A DNA stretch of 64,000 nt from Escherichia coli. Lineage in GTDB: Bacteria; Pseudomonadota; Gammaproteobacteria; Enterobacterales; Enterobacteriaceae. The position numbers and the translations under genes are program-made. The stretch is from NCBI RefSeq assembly GCF_017348835.2, contig NZ_CP071375.1; one strand, given 5' to 3'. The first letter of the stretch is position 1. Every line of letters starts with the position of its first letter. Under the pieces are notes generated by a model. That model was not told the DNA's origin and searched no databases. It saw only the letters and a program-made list of their open reading frames with translations. Below, piece after piece: positions 1 to 9,790 of the stretch.

Positions 1-1107
1 AGAGAGTTTATAATTTTCTAGTCGTGCAGTATAGTTACCATTAAAATTGATTTCATGATTTCCAGCCAGAACGATGACATTTTTATTAATACAGCTATCT
101 TTATTACCCTCCATATTTCGCATAGAATTTAGCAAAGTAAGGATATATTTATCACCAAAAATAGTACTAAATCTATCGCCTGTATGATCCCCAAGGAAGA
201 TACAAGGGGTTATCGCATCGTCCTTTAAAAAAACATGTTGATGCAACTCATTCAATATCATGTCTCTCGTATTTAATAAATTGTAGAGCAATTTATTATT
301 TTTATGTATGTATGCAGATGAAGCCATGTCTTCGTGTTTTAATAATTCACATAATAAACTCCAACCCTTTTCCCTGATGCCTATATGCCCTGAAACGAGC
401 AATGCATAAAGTACAGCGCCTACTCTTCCATCTGTATCGCCAAAATAAGCCGTGTTGGCATTTTGTGGGTTAATCACACCACACTGTTTATAAAAGTCTA
501 TTTTAGAAAACACAGATTTAACATAGCTATCAAACTTATCCTTAGGAAACGTCTCTTTAGAGACATCCCAACGCCAGTCAGCTTTAAAATTACCGCTAAG
601 AAGAGTAAAGAAATTTTCAGGTATGATAGAAAGCCCATTAACTTTATAAATTATGTCTGATTTATAAATTATGTCTGATTTATCTCCGGAGAAATTAATA
701 AAATAATAACCATCCTTACACTCAATCTTAACTGTAATGGGAGACGATAATTTTATCACATGGTTATTGTCTGGTATAATTGTAAAGATAAACGTGTTAG
801 TAGTATTATCGGCGAAACTATTATATTCTTGAATATCTATAGATGGCTCACTATTGTAAAACCATATTTTCTCCATCTGAAGACTATGTTCATTTACCCT
901 CCAGTGACCATGTTGCAGGAAATAGATGATATTCAGGCCTAAATCGTTATCTATTTGCGAAAAGTCATTCAGCATATTAACTTCAACTGTGTTTGATCGA
1001 TATTTTTTATCAACCTTGCCATGGTGTTGATGACTGTTAACTTTATCTGAATGCTTATCTTGATGGCTTGAAGAGATGTGCTTAAATATATTTTGAAATA
1101 CTTTCAT
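1..1107 (-). CDS. yhiL: YhiL/YhiJ-family protein of unknown function; its 3' end runs off the window and the distal part carries metallophosphoesterase-like motifs
   Basis: It is absent from the ORF track because no stop lies in the window. Manual reverse-strand translation from the ATG (complement of 1105-1107) gives MKVFQNIFKHISSSHQDKHSDKVNSHQHHGKVDKKYRSNTVEVNMLNDF... and stays open for 369 codons to position 1. It lies divergent from yhiM as in K-12, so the symbol is assigned by synteny only. Confidence 0.7.
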   Translation of the reverse strand, partial: MKVFQNIFKHISSSHQDKHSDKVNSHQHHGKVDKKYRSNTVEVNMLNDFSQIDNDLGLNIIYFLQHGHWRVNEHSLQMEKIWFYNSEPSIDIQEYNSFADNTTNTFIFTIIPDNNHVIKLSSPITVKIECKDGYYFINFSGDKSDIIYKSDIIYKVNGLSIIPENFFTLLSGNFKADWRWDVSKETFPKDKFDSYVKSVFSKIDFYKQCGVINPQNANTAYFGDTDGRVGAVLYALLVSGHIGIREKGWSLLCELLKHEDMASSAYIHKNNKLLYNLLNTRDMILNELHQHVFLKDDAITPCIFLGDHTGDRFSTIFGDKYILTLLNSMRNMEGNKDSCINKNVIVLAGNHEINFNGNYTARLENYKLS

Positions 1108-1489
1108 AAATAACCTGCAATATTTATAACTTGTTAGTAACAAAATAAATGATACATGTCTGAAAGACATATTTACGACGATACAAAGTAATAATACTTA
1201 TATATTCGATGATTTTACGCACCGAGACTATCCGGTCTTTTACTAAATAAAGGAAAACAATCCATCCCTGGAAGATAATTGTAAAAAAAAACAGAATAAG
1301 AATTAATCTTAGGATAAATATTTATTTATCATGGCCTTTTAACCGCTAAAAAATGGCACTCGGCACAGTAAACCCCGCTATAGTTATGCTATGCATTTGT
1401 CTTTAATGATATCTCGTCGTTATATTAATAGGCTGAAATTATCATTAATGCACATTTCAATATTAGCAGGGATACCTGAGGAGTTTAAA

Positions 1490-2542
1490 GTGAACATATA
1501 TATCGGGTGGCTTTTCAAATTAATCCCTTTGATTATGGGCTTAATTTGTATCGCTTTAGGTGGCTTTGTGCTGGAAAGTTCAGGGCAAAGCGAGTATTTC
1601 GTCGCGGGTCATGTGCTGATTTCTCTGGCAGCCATATGCCTGGCATTATTCACTACCGCATTTATTATCATTTCGCAGCTCACGCGCGGCGTTAATACGT
1701 TTTACAATACATTGTTCCCCATTATTGGCTATGCGGGGTCAATTATCACCATGATATGGGGTTGGGCACTGTTAGCAGGCAATGATGTGATGGCAGACGA
1801 GTTTGTCGCCGGCCATGTTATTTTCGGCGTTGGTATGATTGCCGCCTGTGTATCGACGGTGGCAGCATCATCCGGTCACTTTCTGCTCATTCCCAAAAAT
1901 GCAGCGGGGAGCAAGAGCGATGGAACGCCGGTACAGGCTTATTCTTCATTAATCGGTAATTGCCTCATTGCCGTTCCCGTTTTACTCACCCTGCTCGGTT
2001 TCATTTGGTCTATTACGCTGTTACGTAGTGCTGACATAACTCCGCATTATGTCGCGGGTCACGTATTGCTTGGGTTAACCGCAATCTGTGCCTGTCTAAT
2101 TGGCCTTGTTGCCACAATTGTCCATCAAACACGTAATACGTTTTCAACTAAAGAACACTGGCTGTGGTGTTATTGGGTTATTTTTCTCGGCTCAGTCACG
2201 GTGCTGCAGGGGATATACGTCTTAGTCAGTTCCGATGCAAGCGCCCGACTGGCTCCCGGTATTATCCTCATTTGCTTGGGAATGATCTGTTACAGCATAT
2301 TCTCAAAAGTCTGGCTACTGGCACTGGTCTGGAGACGTACCTGTTCGTTAGCCAACAGAATACCGATGATACCGGTATTTACCTGTCTGTTTTGCCTTTT
2401 CCTGGCATCGTTTCTTGCGGAAATGGCGCAGACCGACATGGGATATTTTATTCCTTCGCGGGTTTTGGTCGGTTTGGGAGCGGTATGCTTTACGTTGTTC
2501 TCAATCGTTTCAATATTAGAAGCGGGTTCTGCTAAAAAATAA
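1490..2542 (+). CDS. yhiM: polytopic inner-membrane protein YhiM
   Basis: Taken from ORF 1391..2542. I place the start at GTG 1490 (GAGGAG lies 7 nt upstream), giving 350 aa beginning (M)NIYIGWLFKLIPLIMGLICIALGG, which I recognise as E. coli YhiM. The protein is very hydrophobic with a repeated xVAGHV motif. Confidence 0.9.
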   Translation: MNIYIGWLFKLIPLIMGLICIALGGFVLESSGQSEYFVAGHVLISLAAICLALFTTAFIIISQLTRGVNTFYNTLFPIIGYAGSIITMIWGWALLAGNDVMADEFVAGHVIFGVGMIAACVSTVAASSGHFLLIPKNAAGSKSDGTPVQAYSSLIGNCLIAVPVLLTLLGFIWSITLLRSADITPHYVAGHVLLGLTAICACLIGLVATIVHQTRNTFSTKEHWLWCYWVIFLGSVTVLQGIYVLVSSDASARLAPGIILICLGMICYSIFSKVWLLALVWRRTCSLANRIPMIPVFTCLFCLFLASFLAEMAQTDMGYFIPSRVLVGLGAVCFTLFSIVSILEAGSAKK

Positions 2543-2560
2543 TTGCAACGTACCGGATAA

Positions 2561-2596
2561 AACCAGCGTTGACCATTTGCGTAACGCTGGTTTTTC
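2561..2596 (+). terminator. rho-independent terminator after yhiM
   Basis: AACCAGCGTT (2561-2570) pairs with AACGCTGGTT (2583-2592) and is followed by TTTTCTC. Confidence 0.7.
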
Positions 2597-2857
2597 TCAG
2601 GTATCATGAAATGATGCAGCATTAATGCATAGTGGTTAAGGATAAAAAAACAACAAAGTTACTGTCTTTTTCAGCCTGTTCATATTTTATAAAGATCTGG
2701 CCACTGGGTGAGTTTTCAATCACCTTTCCTTCCACCTTATATTAAGCCTGGAGGGTTTCAGTTCACGGGCTCATTAGAAAATAATCACAAGATAGCCACT
2801 ATCAAAATTAGCTCATTTTTAATGCGGCTCTAATAATTTTCATCTTTAGGTAACAGG

Positions 2858-4060
2858 TCAGGACGACTTCGCTGCAATCAAATCCTGCGCACAAGCCCAT
2901 GCACTCGACCACGCCCACTGGAAGTTATAGCCCCCCAGCCAGCCGGTGACGTCCATCACTTCGCCGATGAAGTACAGCCCAGGCACTTTGCGCGCTTCCA
3001 TCGTCCGTGAAGAGAGTTCGTTGGTGTCCACGCCGCCGAGCGTCACTTCGGCAGTGCGATAGCCTTCAGTGCCGTTGGGTTGTACGCGCCAGTCGGTCAA
3101 TGTGCTAATCAGTGCCTGTTGGTCACGCACGTTGAGCTGTTTTAGCGAAACATCCGGGATTTGCCCGAGTTGCTGTAAGCGTTCAACCAACCGCTTCGGT
3201 AGATGAACCGCCAGTGTGTTTTTCAGGCTCTGATTCGGATGTGCGTTACGCTGCTCATTCAGGAAGGTTTCGAGGTCCACATCCGGTAGCAGATTGATAC
3301 TGACAAATTCACCCGGTTGCCAGTAGCTGGAAATCTGCAACACCGCCGGTCCAGATAAGCCGCGGTGGGTGAAGAGTAAGTTCTCTCGGAAAACGGTGCC
3401 GTTTTCAGCGGTAATCACGGAAAGCACCGCCACGCCCGCCAGCACCTGTAACTCTTCGAGCAACGGTTTATGCAGAGTGAATGGCACCAGACCCGCGCGG
3501 GTCGGCAGCACGTTGAGACCAAATTGTTCGGCAATCTTATAACCAAACGGCGACGCGCCCAGCCCCGGCATTGACAGCCCACCGGTCGCGATGACCAGCT
3601 TTTCGCAACCGACAGTCATGCCGTTCAGTTCAAGCGTGAAGCCTGTATCATCCTTCTCCACGCTCAGCACTTCGCTACGCAATCTGAAGGTCACATTGCC
3701 CTTCTCGCACTCATCCACCAGCATGTCGACAATCTGCTGCGCGGAGTCATCGCAGAAGAGTTGTCCTAACGTTTTCTCGTGCCAGGCGATGCCGTGTTTA
3801 TTGACCAGATCAATGAAATCCCACTGGGTAAAACGCGCAAGTGCAGACTTACAAAAATGCGGATTCTGGCTCAGATAAGCGCCCGGTTCGACATAAAGGT
3901 TGGTAAAGTTGCAGCGCCCACCGCCAGACATGAGGATTTTGCGCCCTGGTTTTTTACCATTATCGATCAGCAGAACCCGGCGTCCTGCCTGACCTGCCAG
4001 CGCAGAACAGAACATACCCGCCGCACCAGCGCCTATAATAATGGCATCAAACCTTTCCAC
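2858..4060 (-). CDS. yhiN: FAD/NAD(P)-binding flavoprotein YhiN (HI0933-like family)
   Basis: A 400-aa ORF with an N-terminal Rossmann motif DAIIIGAGAAGMFCS. The sequence and position match E. coli YhiN. Confidence 0.92.
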   Translation of the reverse strand: MERFDAIIIGAGAAGMFCSALAGQAGRRVLLIDNGKKPGRKILMSGGGRCNFTNLYVEPGAYLSQNPHFCKSALARFTQWDFIDLVNKHGIAWHEKTLGQLFCDDSAQQIVDMLVDECEKGNVTFRLRSEVLSVEKDDTGFTLELNGMTVGCEKLVIATGGLSMPGLGASPFGYKIAEQFGLNVLPTRAGLVPFTLHKPLLEELQVLAGVAVLSVITAENGTVFRENLLFTHRGLSGPAVLQISSYWQPGEFVSINLLPDVDLETFLNEQRNAHPNQSLKNTLAVHLPKRLVERLQQLGQIPDVSLKQLNVRDQQALISTLTDWRVQPNGTEGYRTAEVTLGGVDTNELSSRTMEARKVPGLYFIGEVMDVTGWLGGYNFQWAWSSAWACAQDLIAAKSS

Positions 4061-4291
4061 GTTGCGCTCCTCTTAGAAAAAACGGGCGTGAATTGTAAAG
4101 ATTCCTCAGTGGTCGCACCAGCATCAATATTACTAAAAGGAAGTATTTGCCTGAATTATATAAGATAATTATTTTTTGAGTGAAATCCATACAGGAGGCA
4201 AATCAAAAAAAGTCTATATTTCACTTTGCCCGCGCCGCGAAAGTCACTGATAATGCGCCGCGTTCATGTCCTCAAAATGGCGTAACGTCCT

Positions 4292-5791
4292 ATGCTACAT
4301 TTGTTTGCTGGCCTGGATTTGCATACCGGGCTGTTATTATTGCTTGCACTGGCTTTTGTGCTGTTCTACGAAGCCATCAATGGTTTCCATGACACAGCCA
4401 ACGCCGTGGCAACCGTTATCTATACCCGCGCGATGCGTTCTCAGCTCGCCGTGGTTATGGCAGCGGTGTTCAACTTTTTGGGTGTTTTGCTGGGTGGTCT
4501 GAGTGTTGCCTATGCCATTGTGCATATGCTGCCGACGGATCTGCTGCTTAATATGGGATCGTCTCATGGCCTTGCCATGGTGTTCTCTATGTTGCTGGCG
4601 GCGATTATCTGGAACCTGGGTACCTGGTACTTTGGTTTGCCTGCATCCAGCTCTCATACGCTGATTGGCGCGATCATCGGGATTGGTTTAACCAATGCGT
4701 TGATGACCGGGACGTCAGTGGTGGATGCACTCAATATCCCGAAAGTATTAAGTATTTTCGGTTCTCTGATCGTTTCCCCTATTGTCGGCCTGGTGTTTGC
4801 TGGCGGTCTGATTTTCTTGCTGCGTCGCTACTGGAGCGGCACCAAGAAACGCGCCCGTATCCACCTGACCCCAGCGGAGCGTGAAAAGAAAGACGGCAAG
4901 AAAAAGCCGCCGTTCTGGACGCGTATCGCGCTGATCCTTTCCGCTATCGGCGTGGCGTTTTCGCACGGCGCGAACGATGGTCAGAAAGGCATTGGTCTGG
5001 TTATGTTGGTATTGATTGGTGTCGCACCAGCAGGCTTCGTGGTGAACATGAATGCCACTGGCTACGAAATCACCCGTACCCGTGATGCCATCAACAACGT
5101 CGAAGCTTACTTTGAGCAGCATCCTGCGCTGCTGAAACAAGCTACCGGTGCTGATCAGTTAGTACCGGCTCCGGAAGCTGGCGCAACGCAACCTGCGGAG
5201 TTCCATTGCCATCCGTCGAATACCATTAACGCGCTCAACCGCCTGAAAGGCATGTTGACTACCGATGTGGAAAGCTACGACAAGCTGTCGCTTGATCAAC
5301 GTAGCCAGATGCGCCGCATTATGCTGTGCGTTTCTGACACCATCGACAAAGTGGTGAAATTGCCTGGCGTAAATGCTGACGATCAGCGTCTGTTGAAGAA
5401 ACTGAAGTCCGATATGCTAAGTACCATCGAGTATGCTCCGGTGTGGATCATCATGGCGGTCGCGTTGGCGTTAGGTATCGGTACGATGATTGGCTGGCGT
5501 CGTGTGGCAACGACTATCGGTGAGAAAATCGGTAAGAAAGGCATGACCTACGCTCAGGGGATGTCTGCCCAGATGACGGCGGCAGTGTCTATCGGCCTGG
5601 CGAGTTATACCGGGATGCCGGTTTCCACTACTCACGTACTCTCCTCTTCTGTCGCGGGGACAATGGTGGTAGATGGTGGCGGCTTACAGCGTAAAACCGT
5701 GACCAGCATTCTGATGGCCTGGGTGTTTACCCTTCCGGCTGCGGTACTGCTTTCCGGCGGGCTGTACTGGCTCTCCTTGCAGTTCCTGTAA
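4292..5791 (+). CDS. pitA: low-affinity inorganic phosphate transporter PitA
   Basis: A 499-aa polytopic ORF with the two PiT-family GANDGQKG / GANDxxN-type signatures ([11 protein letters not shown]). I recognise it as E. coli PitA. Confidence 0.95.
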   Translation: MLHLFAGLDLHTGLLLLLALAFVLFYEAINGFHDTANAVATVIYTRAMRSQLAVVMAAVFNFLGVLLGGLSVAYAIVHMLPTDLLLNMGSSHGLAMVFSMLLAAIIWNLGTWYFGLPASSSHTLIGAIIGIGLTNALMTGTSVVDALNIPKVLSIFGSLIVSPIVGLVFAGGLIFLLRRYWSGTKKRARIHLTPAEREKKDGKKKPPFWTRIALILSAIGVAFSHGANDGQKGIGLVMLVLIGVAPAGFVVNMNATGYEITRTRDAINNVEAYFEQHPALLKQATGADQLVPAPEAGATQPAEFHCHPSNTINALNRLKGMLTTDVESYDKLSLDQRSQMRRIMLCVSDTIDKVVKLPGVNADDQRLLKKLKSDMLSTIEYAPVWIIMAVALALGIGTMIGWRRVATTIGEKIGKKGMTYAQGMSAQMTAAVSIGLASYTGMPVSTTHVLSSSVAGTMVVDGGGLQRKTVTSILMAWVFTLPAAVLLSGGLYWLSLQFL

Positions 5792-5859
5792 TCGTACGCA
5801 CCAAAACGAGCGGGTCAGCTGGCCCGCTTCAGATTGTTGACATAGTGCGCTTTGTTCAT

Positions 5860-5957
5860 GCCGGATGCGGCGTGAACGCCTTATCCGGCCTACAAAAACA
5901 TGCAAATTCAATAGATTGCAGAGATTATGTAGGCCTGATAAGCGTAGCGCATCAGGC
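5860..5957. repeat. REP/BIME element (two oppositely oriented palindromic units)
   Basis: GCCGGATGCGGCGTGAACGCCTTATCCGGCCTAC and GTAGGCCTGATAAGCGTAGCGCATCAGGC are classic E. coli REP consensus units. Confidence 0.9.
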
Positions 5958-5981
5958 AATTTTGCGTTTGCAATCAGTCTC

Positions 5982-6011
5982 GAGCGGGTCAGTTTACTGG
6001 CCCGCTTTTTT
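5982..6011 (+). terminator. strong rho-independent terminator downstream of pitA and convergent with uspB
   Basis: GCGGGTCAG-TTTA-CTGGCCCGC forms a 9-bp stem followed by a T run of 6. A weaker paralogous hairpin lies at 5808-5830. Confidence 0.75.
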
Positions 6012-6034
6012 ATGCGTTATTATTGCTGAAGTGC

Positions 6035-6370
6035 TTAATGCCAAATCATCAATGCAATCAGGCTGACCACCACCAGACCACACAATGCGCTGGTCAGAAT
6101 AAACTGCCGACGCACCCGCTCACAGCGGCGAATAAATTCATCATCGTGATGATCGCGATAACGTTGGGCATAGATATACCAAACGAGACGCACCTGTTTG
6201 TTGGGTTGGCCATGTGAGGTAAAAAAGCCCCCTCCATCAACATATTGATAGAGCAATGGATCGCAGTTACGCAGTACCACTAACAACGCGCGTAGTGATG
6301 AGAAATAGCGCGCCATGTTAACAATGCAAACGACACATAAAGCCCAAAATAATGCGACGGTGCTTATCAT
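6035..6370 (-). CDS. uspB: universal stress protein B
   Basis: A 111-aa [33 protein letters not shown]..., recognised as UspB. It is divergent from uspA. Confidence 0.95.
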
Positions 6371-6760
6371 ACCTCCTCCCCGGCGACCTGCCCGCGGAGT
6401 TCCACCCCGGGGCTACCGCTCCCGATACGCTGCCAATCAGTTAACACCAGGTCCTGGAGAAACCGCTTTTGTGGTGACCAACATCCGAGCGGCTCTATAG
6501 ATAGTGTAGGAGATCAGGTTGTTTTTTTTCCAGAAGGTTAACCACTATCAATATATTCATGTCGAAAATTTGTTTATCTAACGGGTAAGCAAGGCGGATT
6601 GACGGATCATCCGGGTCGCTATAAGGTAAGGATGGTCTTAACACTGAATCTTTACGGCTGGGTTAGCCCCGCGCACGTAGTTCGCAGGACGCGGGTGACG
6701 TAACGGCACAAGAAACGCTAGCTGGCCAGTCATCGACAACTTTATGGAAGGAGTAACACT

Positions 6761-7195
6761 ATGGCTTATAAACACATTCTCATCGCGGTCGATCTCTCCC
6801 CGGAAAGCAAAGTTCTGGTAGAGAAAGCAGTCTCTATGGCTCGCCCCTACAATGCGAAAGTTTCTCTGATCCACGTAGATGTAAACTACTCTGACCTATA
6901 CACCGGGCTTATTGATGTGAATCTGGGTGATATGCAGAAACGCATCTCTGAAGAGACACATCATGCGCTGACCGAGCTTTCCACTAATGCAGGCTACCCA
7001 ATCACTGAAACCCTGAGCGGCAGCGGCGACCTGGGCCAGGTTCTGGTCGATGCAATCAAGAAATACGATATGGATCTGGTGGTTTGTGGTCACCACCAGG
7101 ACTTCTGGAGCAAACTGATGTCTTCCGCACGTCAGCTGATCAACACCGTTCACGTTGATATGCTGATTGTTCCGCTGCGCGACGAAGAAGAATAA
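6761..7195 (+). CDS. uspA: universal stress protein A
   Basis: A 144-aa [43 protein letters not shown]..., recognised as UspA. GGAGTAAC precedes the ATG. Confidence 0.97.
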
Positions 7196-7219
7196 TCTTC
7201 CCTCCACGACGTGTTCCTG

Positions 7220-7250
7220 AACGCCCGCATATGCGGGCGTTTTGCTTTTT
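7220..7250 (+). terminator. rho-independent terminator after uspA
   Basis: AACGCCCGCAT pairs with ATGCGGGCGTT as a perfect palindrome, followed by TTGCTTTTT. Confidence 0.85.
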
Positions 7251-7512
7251 GGCGCGCCTTGTTACCTGATGCAGCATAAACACCTTATCTGGCCTACGAT
7301 CTGCGCACGCAATCAAAATCCCCTGCCAATACAACATTTAACACCATTATATTTTCCATCATTAGTGTGATCGGCTGGTTATTTTCTGTTGTAATAGTGT
7401 ATTAATCTATTCGCCGCATCAATATTAAGAATCTCTGACAGATGTAAACTTTTTCGCGCGTTATCCCTTACGCGTTCATACTTTTCAGGATGGTATTGGA
7501 AGGTTAATAAAT

Positions 7513-8982
7513 ATGAATACAACAACACCCATGGGGATGCTGCAGCAACCTCGCCCATTTTTCATGATCTTTTTTGTCGAGTTATGGGAGCGATTCGGCT
7601 ACTACGGCGTGCAGGGCGTACTGGCGGTTTTCTTCGTTAAACAGCTTGGATTCTCGCAAGAGCAGGCTTTTGTCACTTTTGGTGCTTTTGCTGCGCTGGT
7701 CTATGGCCTCATTTCCATTGGCGGCTATGTCGGCGACCACCTGCTGGGGACCAAACGCACCATCGTTCTTGGAGCACTTGTGCTGGCGATTGGCTACTTC
7801 ATGACCGGCATGTCGCTACTTAAGCCTGACCTGATTTTCATCGCCCTGGGGACTATCGCTGTCGGTAACGGCCTGTTTAAAGCTAACCCAGCCAGCTTGC
7901 TTTCGAAGTGCTATCCGCCGAAAGATCCGCGCCTTGATGGCGCATTCACCCTGTTCTATATGTCGATCAACATCGGCTCGTTGATAGCGTTATCGCTGGC
8001 CCCTGTGATCGCTGATAGATTCGGTTATTCAGTCACCTACAACCTGTGCGGGGCGGGGTTAATTATCGCATTACTGGTTTACATCGCCTGTCGTGGAATG
8101 GTGAAAAACATTGGTTCTGAGCCCGACTTCCGGCCAATGAGCTTCAGCAAACTGTTGTACGTATTACTTGGCAGCGTGGTGATGATCTTCGTCTGCGCCT
8201 GGCTGATGCACAACGTAGAAGTCGCCAATCTGGTGCTGATTGTTCTCTCCATCGTCGTCACCATCATCTTCTTTCGTCAGGCATTCAAGCTGGATAAAAC
8301 CGGGCGCAATAAAATGTTTGTCGCCTTTGTCCTGATGCTCGAAGCGGTGGTGTTTTACATTCTCTACGCCCAGATGCCAACGTCGCTGAACTTCTTTGCC
8401 ATCAACAACGTGCATCATGAAATTCTCGGCTTTTCCATCAACCCGGTCAGCTTCCAGGCGCTTAACCCGTTCTGGGTGGTACTCGCCAGCCCAATACTGG
8501 CAGGCATTTACACGCATCTGGGTAACAAAGGCAAAGACCTCTCGATGCCGATGAAATTTACTCTCGGCATGTTTATGTGCTCACTGGGCTTTTTGACGGC
8601 GGCAGCTGCGGGAATGTGGTTTGCGGATGCACAAGGGCTGACATCGCCATGGTTTATCGTGCTGGTGTACTTATTCCAGAGCTTAGGTGAACTGTTTATT
8701 AGCGCCCTTGGCCTGGCGATGATTGCTGCCCTGGTGCCGCAGCATTTGATGGGCTTTATTCTCGGGATGTGGTTCCTGACGCAGGCTGCCGCGTTCTTGC
8801 TGGGCGGCTATGTGGCAACATTTACCGCGGTGCCGGACAACATTACCGATCCGCTTGAGACGTTGCCCGTCTATACCAACGTGTTTGGTAAGATTGGTCT
8901 GGTCACGCTGGGCGTTGCAGTAGTGATGCTGTTGATGGTGCCGTGGCTGAAACGCATGATTGCGACGCCGGAAAGCCATTAA
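7513..8982 (+). CDS. dtpB: proton-dependent di/tripeptide permease DtpB (POT/PTR2 family)
   Basis: A 489-aa ORF carrying the POT signature [19 protein letters not shown]. It is recognised as YhiP/DtpB. Confidence 0.93.
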   Translation: MNTTTPMGMLQQPRPFFMIFFVELWERFGYYGVQGVLAVFFVKQLGFSQEQAFVTFGAFAALVYGLISIGGYVGDHLLGTKRTIVLGALVLAIGYFMTGMSLLKPDLIFIALGTIAVGNGLFKANPASLLSKCYPPKDPRLDGAFTLFYMSINIGSLIALSLAPVIADRFGYSVTYNLCGAGLIIALLVYIACRGMVKNIGSEPDFRPMSFSKLLYVLLGSVVMIFVCAWLMHNVEVANLVLIVLSIVVTIIFFRQAFKLDKTGRNKMFVAFVLMLEAVVFYILYAQMPTSLNFFAINNVHHEILGFSINPVSFQALNPFWVVLASPILAGIYTHLGNKGKDLSMPMKFTLGMFMCSLGFLTAAAAGMWFADAQGLTSPWFIVLVYLFQSLGELFISALGLAMIAALVPQHLMGFILGMWFLTQAAAFLLGGYVATFTAVPDNITDPLETLPVYTNVFGKIGLVTLGVAVVMLLMVPWLKRMIATPESH

Positions 8983-8995
8983 TTATTCTTGCAGA

Positions 8996-9030
8996 AAGCA
9001 GGGTAGCGTTATCGCTACCCTGCTTTACTT
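8996..9030. terminator. bidirectional hairpin between convergent dtpB and rsmJ
   Basis: AAGCAGGGTAGCG-TTAT-CGCTACCCTGCTT forms a 13-bp stem, followed by a T-rich tract on the + strand. Confidence 0.7.
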
Positions 9031-9783
9031 TTACACTGGCGTACCTGCATAAATATCAAACCTATGCCCTTTAGTGACAACCGCGTTTGGCGTGGCGACA
9101 TTCGCTAGCGGTGGCGCGTAGTCCGGGCGCTTTACCACCACGCGTTTGGTCGCCAGCAAGCGTGCAGGCTCCAGCAACCCATCCGCGTCGAGATCCGGCC
9201 CCACCAGCGACTGAAAGACACGCATCTCTTTTTTCACCAGCGCGCTTTTCTGCTTATGCGGGAACATCGGATCGAGATAAACCACCTGCGGGCGCGGGGT
9301 AATATCGGTCAGCGCCGTCAGGCTGGAGGCGTGAATTAACTGCAAACGCTCCTGCAACCAGCCGCCGATTTCCGCATCCGCATAACCACGCGCCAGGCCG
9401 TCGTCGAGCAATGCGGCAACGACTGGATTACGCTCCAGCATCCGCACGCGGCAGCCGACTGAAGCCAGCACAAAGGCATCGCGCCCCAGCCCTGCGGTGG
9501 CATCCACCACATCCGGCAAATAATCGCCTTTAATGCCCACCGCTTTCGCCACCGCCTCACCGCGACCACCGCCGAATTTGCGTCGGTGCGCCATCGCTCC
9601 GCCAACAAAATCAACAAAGATGCCGCCAAGTTTTGGCTCATCACGCTTGCGCAATTCCAGATGTTCCGGCGTTAACACCAGCGCCATCAGGTTGTCTTCA
9701 TCGTGCTCCAGCCCCCAGCGGGCCGCCAGAACAGATAAGGCACCGTCTCCGGTGCCTGTTTCATCAATTAAGCAGATTTTCAC
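9031..9783 (-). CDS. rsmJ: 16S rRNA m2G1516 methyltransferase RsmJ
   Basis: The ORF track extends to 9888. I use GTG 9783, giving 250 aa, (M)[28 protein letters not shown]..., the E. coli YhiQ/RsmJ sequence. It carries the SAM-binding motif [13 protein letters not shown]. Confidence 0.9.
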   Translation of the reverse strand: MKICLIDETGTGDGALSVLAARWGLEHDEDNLMALVLTPEHLELRKRDEPKLGGIFVDFVGGAMAHRRKFGGGRGEAVAKAVGIKGDYLPDVVDATAGLGRDAFVLASVGCRVRMLERNPVVAALLDDGLARGYADAEIGGWLQERLQLIHASSLTALTDITPRPQVVYLDPMFPHKQKSALVKKEMRVFQSLVGPDLDADGLLEPARLLATKRVVVKRPDYAPPLANVATPNAVVTKGHRFDIYAGTPV

Positions 9784-9790
9784 TGAATGA

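Noticed and set aside
463-942. Two plus-strand ORFs (463..660 and 760..942) listed by the track at the left edge.
   Set aside because: Both lie antisense inside the continuous 369-codon minus-strand yhiL-like frame that I translated manually. They are AT-rich chance ORFs.
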